Below are positions 11,185-21,718 of a stretch of DNA of 64,000 nt, piece by piece. The stretch covers positions 62,001-126,000 of the forward strand of contig JAIVFI010000042.1 of assembly GCA_025558095.1 (NCBI GenBank), in the 5' to 3' direction. How positions within the stretch are numbered: the first letter of the stretch is position 1; every line of letters begins with the position of its first letter. Below the pieces are notes generated by a model. It was not told where the DNA came from and did no database searches. It was given only the letters and a program-made list of their open reading frames with translations. Origin of the DNA: Hyaloraphidium curvatum SAG 235-1. Taxonomy: Eukaryota > Fungi > Monoblepharomycota. Position numbers and translations under genes: made by a program.

Positions 11185-12864
11185 TTATGGAGGCGCCAGC
11201 GCAGCCCACCCGTTCGGAACCTCCCCCTCCCCGAACAGGTACCCCAGCGCCTCGTCCACGAACACCTGCGGCGGCACCTGCTCCTCTTGCGCCGCGAGCG
11301 CCCGCGGCAGCCTCTCCAAAATGGACTCGAGGTCCCCCGAAAAGTTGACCTCGAGCACGCGCGGCACCGCCCGCCTCGCCCCGTCGGCGCCCTCCCGCCA
11401 CGCGAGCAGCACGTCGACCCCGTACAGCCCCCTCGACGCCGGCCAGTGCCCGATGAACTCCCTCCCCGCGCCGGCAAACAGCTCCCCCAGCGCCTCCCGC
11501 ACGTCCGCCAGCACCGCATCCCTGTCCGCCCCCAGAGCCTCCAAACCCCGCCGCAAACCCGCGGCGCCGACCATCCCCGACGGGGGGCCGCCGCGGTACG
11601 TGCTGACGGTGAAATTTGCCCCCACGTCGGCCAAATCCGTGCGCGAATAGGGGGAGGGCGCGACCCGGGCGTAGCAATCCATGTGCGCCGCGGCGTCGAG
11701 GGGGTGGAAGCGCCGCACGGCGACGTACACACGCAGGTCGAACTTTCGGCCGGCAAGGAGCACGGGGTCCTGTTCGTACAGCTGGGCCACCCTGTCCCCG
11801 CCCGGCCCTTCCAGTGCGAACCTGAAAACGCACGGAAGGTCCGCGGCGATGCACGGGTCCGAAGACCGGGTGCCGCCCGCTAGCTTGACGATCCACGCGG
11901 GGTGCTGCCCGAGGGAAAGAAGGTGCGCGTGGTGCGCGGCGAGGAGGTGCGATTCCGTCGCGAGGTCGTAGCAGGGCGGGAACCACTCGGGGAACGCTGC
12001 GGCGAACGGGTCCTCCGCGGCCGCGGGCGCGGGGCGGAGGGAGCGGATGCGGCGGCATGTTTGGGGGAGGAGGTCCTTCCGCACCAGACAGCCCTCGTAG
12101 GGGAACTGGTTCACCAGCAGGCCCGGGGGAAGGTCGGACCACTGCCTGAAGGGCGTCGTGAGCCACAGGGCCGAGAGCGCGCGGTCCGAGGGGGAGGCGA
12201 CGATGTCGAAGTCGGGGGAGTGCGAATGCCGCGCCAGGATGGGGTAGTCGGTGTAGATGACCACGGGTTTGTCGGGAACGTAGGGGGGTTCAGAGGTGCC
12301 CACGCCCTTTGCCGGCTTCGTTGGCGGTGTCCGCGTCCCAAAAGATGCCGTGGCGGCCTGAACGGCCTTGGTGACGGCATCTTCCAGCTCCATCCGAGCC
12401 CCAGGGTCCGCCCACATCCCCTCTGGCACCAGCTCCAGCGCGACCGCCGCCCACGACGCCGTCGATTTCTTGCCCCCAAAATGATCCCTCAGCAGCTCCT
12501 CTCCCTCGTCCACATCCTCCAACAGCGTGAGCACCGACGCCCCCTCCCTGACCTCGCTCCTCACGTTGGCCCGCGAGGCCGAATGCCGAACCGCCCGCGC
12601 CTCGGGCACCTCGATTGCCCACAGCGAGTCCCCCGCGCGTTCGCCGCAGCCCCTTGCCGCGCGCCAGAATGCCCGCTCGTCTGCGATTCCGGGCGGGAAC
12701 GATTCCGGCCTCAGTTCGGGTTTGGTCGTCGCGAGGAGGTACGGGGCGCGGAGGGCGGTTCCCCGCGGCAGGCGGCGGGATGCGAGCACGCGGGCCGGGG
12801 CTTCGGGGGAGGTAGCGAGGCGGACGGCGGCGGAGATGTCCAAGGTCGCGTCTGGGGCGTCCAT
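11185..12864 (-). CDS. TTLL12: Tubulin-tyrosine ligase-like 12 (SET-like + TTL domain), intronless
   Basis: SET-like RHS..ANV..EGEELLRD; TTL motifs NQFPYEGCLVRKDLL, WIVK, KFDLRVYV, YGVDVLL, LEVNF. Confidence 0.8.
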   Translation of the reverse strand: MDAPDATLDISAAVRLATSPEAPARVLASRRLPRGTALRAPYLLATTKPELRPESFPPGIADERAFWRAARGCGERAGDSLWAIEVPEARAVRHSASRANVRSEVREGASVLTLLEDVDEGEELLRDHFGGKKSTASWAAVALELVPEGMWADPGARMELEDAVTKAVQAATASFGTRTPPTKPAKGVGTSEPPYVPDKPVVIYTDYPILARHSHSPDFDIVASPSDRALSALWLTTPFRQWSDLPPGLLVNQFPYEGCLVRKDLLPQTCRRIRSLRPAPAAAEDPFAAAFPEWFPPCYDLATESHLLAAHHAHLLSLGQHPAWIVKLAGGTRSSDPCIAADLPCVFRFALEGPGGDRVAQLYEQDPVLLAGRKFDLRVYVAVRRFHPLDAAAHMDCYARVAPSPYSRTDLADVGANFTVSTYRGGPPSGMVGAAGLRRGLEALGADRDAVLADVREALGELFAGAGREFIGHWPASRGLYGVDVLLAWREGADGARRAVPRVLEVNFSGDLESILERLPRALAAQEEQVPPQVFVDEALGYLFGEGEVPNGWAALAPP

Positions 12865-13622
12865 GGCGGGGAACTGCGGCCGCAAGCGGGTTGCTGTTGA
12901 CTTGTTTGCTGCTTCGCCACAGCCGCCTTTGACCAGGAAACACGGAAACGGCATCCAAAGACGGTTTTCGATGCCATCCATAGTTTCTCTATCACCGTCC
13001 GCCGCCTTGCGCTCGCGCCGGACCGCCGCGGTGAACCGCTTCTGCGGAGCGCTGTAGGAATCCGAAAGAGGAACGTTCCCCGACCGCCTCGCTGCGCTCC
13101 CAGCGAATCCCACGACACAGGTCACGTATGAAGCAAGCCAGAGAAGGTGGTGCATCGGCGATGCTCGCTCAACGGTCGGAGGCGGCGCGCCGGTCGCCAC
13201 AGCGGCGGGCCGGGTGTTTCGCGGCGGTGCCGACCGTAACTGGCCACGGGGTTTAGGTGTCGCGTAAGTAGCCGATGGAATGGGATGGCACTCGCCTGTG
13301 ATCTGCCGGCGCCGGATATGGCGGGATCCGGGATTCGGGGGCCGAGAAGCCCGATCCCGTCCATTTTGAGGACTTGAGGGTGTCGGCAGTTGGCTTCACC
13401 CGGCACCGACGGGAGCACGGACGGGCCGGGCCGCACCCCGGGCATGATGCGTGAGGAGATGGCGAGGCGTTCGCCTCTCCGAGCCCGTTGGGCACGGTGC
13501 CGGACCGTGCGGAGGGAGCAGGGACAGCGGCGGAGGCTTCAGCGGATGGCTGGTCGGTGGGGCAAAATCGTCTCTGACGTAAATCCGATTTTGGGAGGGC
13601 ACCCGACGCCGCCGGACCGCCG

Positions 13623-15757
13623 ATGGGCAGCCATGGCGACGCGGGCGGGCGGGCGGACGCCGCGGGCGCGGCCGACGAGGCGGCGGAGGGCGGCGGGCCG
13701 GCGGGCGCGGTGCCGCCGGGCGTCCCTCCGCCGGCTCCGCTGCCCGACGAGCCGGCGCCCGACAAGCTCTACGCGTACGGGATGCTCTCGCTGTCGGCGC
13801 ACGCGTTCACGCTGCTGCTGCGGCTGTGGATCGACGGGTGGGCGGTCACGAAGGAGTTCGGCACGCTGCTCCTCATGGCGCTGCCCCACGCCGCCCTGGT
13901 CGCCGCCGCCAACCGCGGCTCGGCGTTCTTGCGCGCGGCGTTCTGGCCAATCTTTGTCACCGCCACCCCCGTGATCGGCCTCATGGGCGTCGTCGAGGGC
14001 GTCCGCGGTTCGGCGGCGACGACGATGCTCGTTTCCGCGGTTTATGGGGCGGTCGAGATGGGCGACGTGGGCCGGCCGTTCGTCCTCATGGCGGGCACCC
14101 TGGCGGCGGTCGCCTTTGCCGAGTACCGGAGGACAGCTTGGGGCGCCGCTCCGGGGGCCCTTGGCGGAAGCAGGCCGCCCAACCTGCCCTTTCCAGAGGG
14201 CCCCCCATGGCCCCCCACGACCGACACCCCCGCCCTCTTCCTCTCGCACGTCCTCGCCCTCCTCCTGGGCTTCTTCATGATTGCCCACGCGCTCGTGCGC
14301 CTCTTTGCCGCGCACCGCCGCGAGTTTGGCCGCGCCGAGACGGAGCGGCAGCGCGCCGAGGCCGCCTCGGCGGCCAAGGACCTCTTCGTCCGCAGCCTGT
14401 CGCACGAGATGCGGACCCCGCTCAACAGCATCATCGGCACCTCGACGCACCTCATGTCCACGCCGCTGGACGAGGCGCAGAGGGAGCTGTGCGCCACGCT
14501 GCTGGCGAGCTCGAACATGCTGCTGGCCGTGGTGGACGACGTGCTGGACCACGCGCGGATCGACGCCGGCGCGCTCAAGCTGGAGCTCGTCCCGGTGGAT
14601 CTGCGGTGCGTGGTCAGGGAGGTCGCGGCGATGGTGCGGACCCGGCCGGGGGTGAAGCTGGGGAGCTGGGTCGCGCCGGGGGTGCCGAAGAGGGTGCTGG
14701 CCGACCCGACGCGGACGCGGCAGGTGCTGCTGAACTTTGCGGGGAACGCGGCCAAGTTTGCGTCCGAGGGGTTCGTGTCGATCTCGGTCGAGGTGACGGG
14801 GGAGGCGTCGCCGCTGCCGAGCGTGTTTGGGGGGGAGGACGAGGCGTGGGACGTCAGGTACCCGCACTCGCCGCCGGGCGAAGGCCCCTTCCTCGTCTTC
14901 CGCGTCTCCGATTCCGGTACGTGCTTTTCTGCTCCCCATTTGCCGCATCCGCTTACCGCCCGTACAGGAATCGGCATCCCCGCCGCGCTCTTCCCCGCGC
15001 TCTTCCGCGCCCCCTTTTCCCAGGCACACCCCTCCCACGCGCGCACCTACGGCGGCACCGGCCTCGGGCTGACCATCTCTGCGCGCCTGGCGGAGCTCAT
15101 GGGCGGCTGGGTGGCGTGCCGCTCGAGGGAGGGGACGGGGAGCGAGTTCGCGGCTGGGGTGCCGCTGGTCGTTTGCGAGGAGAGGGAGGAGAAGAGGGGG
15201 AGGAAGAGGGGCAGGGGCGGATCGGAGGGGGCGAGGGTGCTGATCGCCGAGGACAACGGTGGGCCGATCCGGACGCGGGTGCGATGACGCGGCGCTGATG
15301 ACGGTCCGGCAGAAACGAACATGGACATCCTGGCGCGGCATCTGGTGCGGCTGGGGTACCACCGCATCCAGCGGGCGACGGACGGGAGGCAGGCGGTCGA
15401 GGCGGTCGAGGCGGCCGACAGGGCGGGGGAGCCGTTCGACGTCGTGCTCATGGGTGGGTCTCTTTCCCGCCCAATCCGTGCCTTTTCGGCCGACGAGCTG
15501 ATCGTTTCCGTCCCCCCTTTCTAGACGTCTCGATGCCCGTCCTCGACGGCCTCTCCGCCGCGCGCGTCGTGCGCTCCCTCCCCCTCCGCCGCCCCCCGCG
15601 CATCCTGGCGTGCACCGCCAACGTGCTCCCCGAGGACGTGCGGGCGTGCACCGAGGCCGGGATGGACGGTTTCGTGGCGAAGCCGGTCAGGGCGAGGGCG
15701 CTGGAGAGGGAGATGGAGGCCGCGGTCGGGTTCGGGGACTACGAGGAGGGGGATTGA
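13623..15757 (+). CDS. Membrane-bound hybrid sensor histidine kinase (TM region-HisKA-HATPase-REC), 3 introns
   Basis: H-box SLSHEMRTPLNSIIG, N-box RQVLLNFAGNAAKF, G1 VSDSG|IGI, G2 GGTGLGL. Receiver VLIAEDN, FDVVLM|DVSMPVLDG, ACTAN, KPV. Confidence 0.93.
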
Positions 15758-16039
15758 ATGAGGTGGAGGGAAAGAGATTTCGGTCCCGGGCCGAAGGGAG
15801 GCTTGGTGCAGTCCCTGCCGTCCGCCCGCGGTGCCCATGTGCCCGGAACCCGCCGTCCTCGAACACGCATGGTGCGACGTCGGATGCCGTCGCGACATGT
15901 GCCCCGTTGTCGATCTGTCGATCTGCATGCGGAGATACGAACGGGAGACATCAACATCCGGGTGGACCTTGGACCCGAATCCCCGGGCCTGGGCTGCGTG
16001 CCGCGTCGGCCGCCCGCCACCCGAATCCCATCTCCGGCG

Positions 16040-18328
16040 ATGTTCGACAACGGGGCGCAGCCCCCGCCGCTCACGCCGGCGGCGGCGGCGTTCTTTGTCG
16101 ACGTCGTGCTGCGCGCCGCGCCGTCCAACTCGCCGATCCTCCTGTTCGGGCTGCGGGAGGCGGCGGCCGCGGCGATCGGGGATGCGGACGGGGCCGCCCG
16201 CGACCCCCGGTGGGCAGAGGCATTCCGCCGGCCCGTGCTGCTGGCCGCCGTGCGATGGGTCGGCGCGGGGCTCGCCCTGCACAGCGGCCGCGTCGATCCG
16301 GACGACGGCTCCTTCGCCGGCGACGGCACCCCGGCGGCCGTCCTGGTCGGCAGCCTGGAATCGTGGCTGCAGCACCTGATCAAAACCGAGCTCGCCCGCT
16401 TCTGGCGCGAGGCCGACGCCGCCAAGCGCGGGGCCGGCCGGACCGCGCCCCTGGCACTGCACACGCCTGCGAACTTGGCCCTGCAATGGACGCTCGTCTT
16501 CGTCGCTACTTTTGCCCAGATACAGGCAGGACGTACAGTGGCCTCCCTGGCCGTGTTTCGCCAGTTTTTCGACGTCGCAAGACGCATGCGGGTCCCGGGC
16601 GAAGACAGCTGCCCGCTCGAAGGCTGCTCCGCCGACGACGCGCCGTTCCTGAACATCTTCGTCTCTGTTTTCTGGGCGTCGGTCACGGCGGCCCTGAACT
16701 TCACCGCGGCGAGCGGGATCCCCTCCGTCGTCGACGTGGTGGCCGAGTTCCCCACGGCCCCGCCGCCCGTCGCCGCGCTGCAAACTGCTCCTGCGCTCTC
16801 GCAGAGCTCGAGCACGCCCGTCATCCACTTCACCCCTCCCCCGTTCCGTGCATTGGAATATCTCGGCTGGATCGATCCGCCTGATGGCCTCGACCCCGTG
16901 CCGGCATCGTCGCGGGCCCTGGTGCTCGACCGCTGCTTGGGCGGCATCAAGGCGGAAAACGGCCTGTTCCTTCTGAATCCTCTGGTGGCCCAGTTGCTCC
17001 AGAAAATTTCGGATTACTCGTCCTGGCTCCGGAACGGCGCCGGGCTGCGGCAGCTGGACGTGCTGGCCCTCGTGGCGCGGAGCACGAACTCCGACCCACA
17101 GGCCGTTCGATCCAGGGACCTATACATGGCCGAAGCCCTGCGCCGCCGCACGGCCCTCCTCCAAGCCGTCGAGCTGATTGACGGAGCCCTGCCAGCGGAC
17201 GTCTCGGACGCCGTCGACGGCGCCGACTTTGTCGCGATCGCCACGGCATTCTCCTCCAGCGCGCCCAACGCGCTCGTCCTGGCCCTCGCCGTGCTCACCA
17301 AGCTCAAGCAGCTTTCCCTGCTCCTGTGCTGCCCCGATCCGTTCGAGGACCTCGTCGGCGCGCCCGAAGCACCAAAAGAGGCCGGGCCGCGCAAGCGGAC
17401 GGACCTCCTCCACCGGGCCCCGACCGGCTCCGACACGGAAAGCGACGTCTCCTCCGCCCCCTCCGTGGTCTCTTCCGAATCTGCGGACCTCTTCTCCTGG
17501 CTCTCTTCCCCCGCCTTTGCCGTCGCATCCCGCAGTGCGGCCATAATCGCATCCATCATGCGCACCGTCTGCGAGCGCGTGCCCGCGTCGGAGCTGGAGG
17601 CAAACTACCTCGCCTCCCACTTCTTGTGCACCGCGGCCGTGCACGGCGCATGGTTTCCCCTCCTCCTCCTGCGCCGCTTCGACGCCCTGGCCCTCAGCCG
17701 GTCCCTCGGCTGCCGGCTGCCCGCCGAATCCATGAAGCTCCACGCAGAGCTCCGCAGCGACGCCGCCGCCTGCCTCTCCGCGATGGAACGCTGCGGGCTG
17801 CCGCAGTACCAATCCGCGCGGCTGATCCTGCAGTCCGTGCTGGACGGGGAGGACGCGCGGTTCGGGCTGGCCGACATCCGCGTGCTGAGGATGGCGTCGA
17901 GGGTGGTCGCGGGATGCCCGCATTCCGGGGACGTGGGGCAGGGGGGGGAATGCTACCTGTGCACGGCGGAAAGGGCCAGGGAGAGGAGGCCGTCGTACCG
18001 CCCGCCGGAAGCGCGGATGGATTCGGACGACGAGGGCGGGGCATGCGAACGCGGGGAGGGGGGCAACGCCACGGATCCGCTGGCGGATGCGGCGGTGCTG
18101 GGCGCTTCGGCCCGGCGGCGTGTGCGTTTCACCGGATCGGACGACGTGCGGGACACGTGGTCGGCGTCGGAATACCCCGGCCGCAGCCCGACGGCCGGGG
18201 AGGAGCCGGACGAGACGGATGAGGGTGTGCTCCCCGCCGGACCGCTTGGGGTGCTCATTAGCCAGCGCAAAAGAGCGGTCGGGAGAGCGGTGGGAGCGGA
18301 GGCGGCGGAGATGCCGTGGGGCGATTAG
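16040..18328 (+). CDS. Uncharacterised protein, weakly similar to a fungal transcription-factor middle region, with a C-terminal RVxF-type motif; start uncertain (ORF open from 15758)
   Basis: Long intronless ORF with normal amino-acid composition; WLSSPAF..AAIIASIM helix region; tail RRVRF..VRDTWSASEY. Confidence 0.55.
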   Translation: MFDNGAQPPPLTPAAAAFFVDVVLRAAPSNSPILLFGLREAAAAAIGDADGAARDPRWAEAFRRPVLLAAVRWVGAGLALHSGRVDPDDGSFAGDGTPAAVLVGSLESWLQHLIKTELARFWREADAAKRGAGRTAPLALHTPANLALQWTLVFVATFAQIQAGRTVASLAVFRQFFDVARRMRVPGEDSCPLEGCSADDAPFLNIFVSVFWASVTAALNFTAASGIPSVVDVVAEFPTAPPPVAALQTAPALSQSSSTPVIHFTPPPFRALEYLGWIDPPDGLDPVPASSRALVLDRCLGGIKAENGLFLLNPLVAQLLQKISDYSSWLRNGAGLRQLDVLALVARSTNSDPQAVRSRDLYMAEALRRRTALLQAVELIDGALPADVSDAVDGADFVAIATAFSSSAPNALVLALAVLTKLKQLSLLLCCPDPFEDLVGAPEAPKEAGPRKRTDLLHRAPTGSDTESDVSSAPSVVSSESADLFSWLSSPAFAVASRSAAIIASIMRTVCERVPASELEANYLASHFLCTAAVHGAWFPLLLLRRFDALALSRSLGCRLPAESMKLHAELRSDAAACLSAMERCGLPQYQSARLILQSVLDGEDARFGLADIRVLRMASRVVAGCPHSGDVGQGGECYLCTAERARERRPSYRPPEARMDSDDEGGACERGEGGNATDPLADAAVLGASARRRVRFTGSDDVRDTWSASEYPGRSPTAGEEPDETDEGVLPAGPLGVLISQRKRAVGRAVGAEAAEMPWGD

Positions 18329-18627
18329 AGGTAGCTTCGGGGCATGGGGTGACGTGGAATGCCCACTGCCCGAATCCCGGCGCGTTGGAACCGAATCCGT
18401 CGCATGAGGTGCAAAATCACCCGAATGGCGGATGAAGGGCGTCGAAGCGCCGCTAGGGGATTCCAGTCGCCCAGCTCGGCGGCCGGTTCGGCCGCAGGAC
18501 GAATACGGGCGGCTTCGGATTCACCCGCTCGGGATGGCGGCTGGGAGCAATCGCAGAGCGGTACGCCATCCAAATACTTTCCCGGGCGTCTGCGGCCTCC
18601 GCTGCCTTCGGAAAGATCTTGCCCGCC

Positions 18628-19576
18628 ATGGCCAGCGTTCGGCGGCGCTGCCGGCGCTCGTCTCCCCGTTCCCCGCCGCCCTCGCCGCTGCGCCCCCCGC
18701 GCTCTTCTCGGACCTCCCGCCCGCCGACGAGCCGCCCGCGCCCGACCGCTTCGCCCGCCGAGCCCGCCGCGTGGCCGTCGACTCGGCGCTGCTCCGCGCC
18801 GGGGGCCCGCCGCGCATCGCCCTGCCCCTGTTCGCCGACGCCGAGCTCACCGCCGCCTTGTCCCACCGGAGCTCGCGACGCGGGCTCGAGACGTGGTTCG
18901 GTTCGGTACCGTCGAAGGCGCCGGCACCGGGTATGTCGCCATTTCCGTCGACGCCGCGGGCTCGATCATCGGCACCTTCGAGACTGGCCGCGGCTCGTTC
19001 GCCATTGTGCCCGGCGACGGGGGCGTCCACAAGCTGAGGGAGGCGAATCTCGCGGCCAAGCCAAAATGCGGGACCGCGGGCATTCGTTCGATGTCTGGCA
19101 GTGCTTCCGCGGTGGCCGTGAACCGAACGTGCAAGTTTGTCGCCTGGGACCCGCGCACGAGGACCTGCCTGCGGTACGCCTCCTGCGCGAGGTGGAAGTC
19201 CTCCCCGGGCACCCAACTGAGGCGGGACATCGAATGGGGCGAGAGGACCTCCTGCCCCGCGGTCCGGGGCTGCCCCGCCCGGACCGTGGTGGGCGTGCTG
19301 CCGGCCAGGGTGAGGCGCGGGGGCCGGGTGCGGCTGTACGCCACGCTGGCGCGCGTCGCCACGGGGCGCGCCGTGGCCGGTGCGGAGGTGGCCTTCAGGG
19401 TCAACGGGGCTCTCGTTGGGCGGTCGAGGACCGACGGGCGTGGGGTGGCTTTTGTGGTCTACGCTGCACCGCGGACGATGAGGATCGGGGGGTCGACGAT
19501 CGCGGCGCAGTTCGCAGGGAACGGCACGCTCGCCGCGTCGAACGGATCCGGGGTGCTGACTGTCAAGCCCGCGTAA
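18628..19576 (+). pseudogene. Disrupted secreted protein: bacterial-type metallopeptidase propeptide-like region + PAN-like remnant + Ig-like domain, with no catalytic HExxH
   Basis: One frame gives RVAVDSALL..IALPLFADAEL..ETWFG; another continues GTVEG..GTFETGRGSFAIVP..PKCG. The frames are offset by a GTTCG duplication at 18896-18905. C-terminal Ig-like segment LYATL..VAFRVNG..TDGRGVA..AQFAGN. The likely signal-peptide ATG (18628) is also out of frame. Confidence 0.6.
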
Positions 19577-19707
19577 GCGAAGTGTGCGATTCAGCGAAAG
19601 AGCAGAGGGAAAATGGCATACGCAACGCTCCCGTCAGCAGGCGGATAGGAGACAGTCTTTTAAACTGAAAATACACCGTACTTCTTACCCGGAGGGAGTT
19701 CGCGACC

Positions 19708-20606
19708 CTACGCTTTCGGCGGGACCAGCCACGAGGCGGTGAAGCCCACCACCTTGTTCCCGGTGGGGTCGGCCGTGGTCAGGGACGCGATGAACCTGCT
19801 TGTATCCGACGTCTGGTTCCGGAACGAGGGGTTGTCGCTCTCCAGAACCCCCTTAATGACCTCGGCCACCTCCTCGGGCTTCTGCGCCGCCTTGAACGCG
19901 CCCTCGGCACGACCCATGTAGGCCGCGATAAGCGGCGCGTAGGCCGGGGGCAGCGCCGCAAGCTTCTCTTTGCCCGCGGCGGAGGCGACAAACGACGACG
20001 CCACGGCGCCAGGCTCGACCACGCTCACGCGGACGCCGAAGGCCGCGGCGATCGGGTGCAGCGACTCCATGGCGCCTTCGAGGGCGAACTTGGCGGCGCA
20101 GTAGGCGTCGTTGAAAGGCTGGCCGAGCAATCCGCCGACGCTGGTCACGCTGATGATGCGGCCGCCTCCGGCCTCGCGCATGATCGGCACCGCGGCGCGG
20201 GCTGCGGCCCACGCGCCGAAGAAGTTGGCCGCCATGACCCCGCGAAGCTCCTCCTCCGACGTGGTCTCCATCGGCGCGACGTGCCCCGAGCCGGCGTTGT
20301 TGACGAGCGCATCGAGCCGGCCGTGGCGCGCCGAAACAGCCTGCACGCATTTCTCGACCGCCGCGGAGTCGGCGACGTCGAGCTTCTCGACGGCGGCGGC
20401 GGCCGCTTTCAGCTCGGCCGGGGCCTTGGCGGGGTCGCGGACCGTCGCGACGACCGCCCAGCCGGAGGACGCGAGCAGCCGCGCGAGCGCGAGGCCGATG
20501 CCGGACGAGCAGCCTGCCAGCAAATGTCAAATGTCGGCGGCCGTGTGCGGCACGCCGCTCAACGACACGCACCCGTGATGAGGACGACCTTCTTGGCGGC
20601 AGACAT
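19708..20606 (-). CDS. Classical short-chain dehydrogenase/reductase (17betaHSD1-like), one intron
   Basis: MSAAKKVVLITG|CSSGIG, LVNNAG, YCAAK, VVEPG. Confidence 0.92.
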
Positions 20607-21150
20607 CGCGTTCAATCGCGGTGCACGGGAGTGATTTCGTGCGATTTGGGCTCCAATTGACGGAATGCGCTCGTCGTGCTAATCTCCCTGCTCGTGGACG
20701 CGGAGACGGGGTCGATGGGGGACAGTCGGCGGTGGGACCCGTCAACACGGCACAGCTCAAATAGACCCGGCCAGGGACCAGCTATCCAGCTATGCAACGA
20801 GCCACTAACCACCGTCGAGATGGGAAGATGCTGCGATTCATTGCATCATTGGCGGGCCTTTCTCGGCGAAGCTCCAAACTGTTCACGCGTTTGCTCGGCT
20901 TCCCGTCCTGCCAAGCGACGTCGGCCTCTGACGCGTGCCGTTGTTCCGCATCCACGAAATCGACCTTGTCTAGGACGCTTTTATGGCTCCTTGTGTCGCC
21001 CGTCGGCGCGTCGTTGGCGAGGCCAGCACTCACAAGAGCAGCGCTTGACCGGAACGCGGCGTCTCGAACAAACTCCCCCACCGACGAGCCCTCCTTCTCA
21101 GCGTCCGAACATGCCGTCTGCTTTCACCTCCACACGACTCCTTGCCGGGA

Positions 21151-21609
21151 TCATCGGCCGACCTTTTTCGCGTAGGCCTCGAGCTTCTTGGTATACTCCC
21201 CCAGCTCGGCCGCAACGCTCTCCAGGTACGCCACCTCGGCGTCCAACGCGTCCACCTGCTTCAGAAACTCCGGCACGGCGTCCAGCGAGGCGTGCAGCGC
21301 GTGCGTGCCCTCAAGCGCGGTCCTGACCGCCTGCCCCATGCCGGCGTACTTGTCCCTCGCCAGCAGGCACTGCCGTTGCAGCAGGCGGTAGTCCTCGCCC
21401 AGCGCGAGCATCTCGGCGGCGTACAGGCGCGCGGTCTTGGCGGCGGCATCGGAAAGCAGGATCCGCGCGTGTTCCCGCTGTCGCGCCTCGGGATTGCGCA
21501 GGAGGTCCGCGGCGGAGGGCGCCGCCGCGCGGCCGGCCGCGGAGGGCGCCGGCGACACCGGCCGCGTGCGCGTCGCCGAGGACACGGAGGACGCGTCCGC
21601 GTCGGCCAT
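21151..21609 (-). CDS. BLOC1S2: BLOC-1 complex subunit 2 (BLOS2)
   Basis: Coiled coil EDYRLLQ..KYAGM..FLKQVDALDAEVAYLESVAAELGEYTKKLE matching the BLOC1_2 pattern. Confidence 0.8.
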   Translation of the reverse strand: MADADASSVSSATRTRPVSPAPSAAGRAAAPSAADLLRNPEARQREHARILLSDAAAKTARLYAAEMLALGEDYRLLQRQCLLARDKYAGMGQAVRTALEGTHALHASLDAVPEFLKQVDALDAEVAYLESVAAELGEYTKKLEAYAKKVGR

Positions 21610-21718
21610 CGGGTCCAATATCTATAGCGTAGACGCGACTCCTTCGGCGATGGAGGTAGTGGAGGCTGCGTCACTTGCCACCGCCTCCCACCGAGTCCTC
21701 CACACTTCCGCCGACGCG

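Noticed and set aside
15755-15760. TGA immediately followed by ATG between the histidine kinase and the next ORF, suggesting operon-like coupling
   Set aside because: The genome is eukaryotic, the first ~90 codons look non-coding, and a better start lies at 16040.
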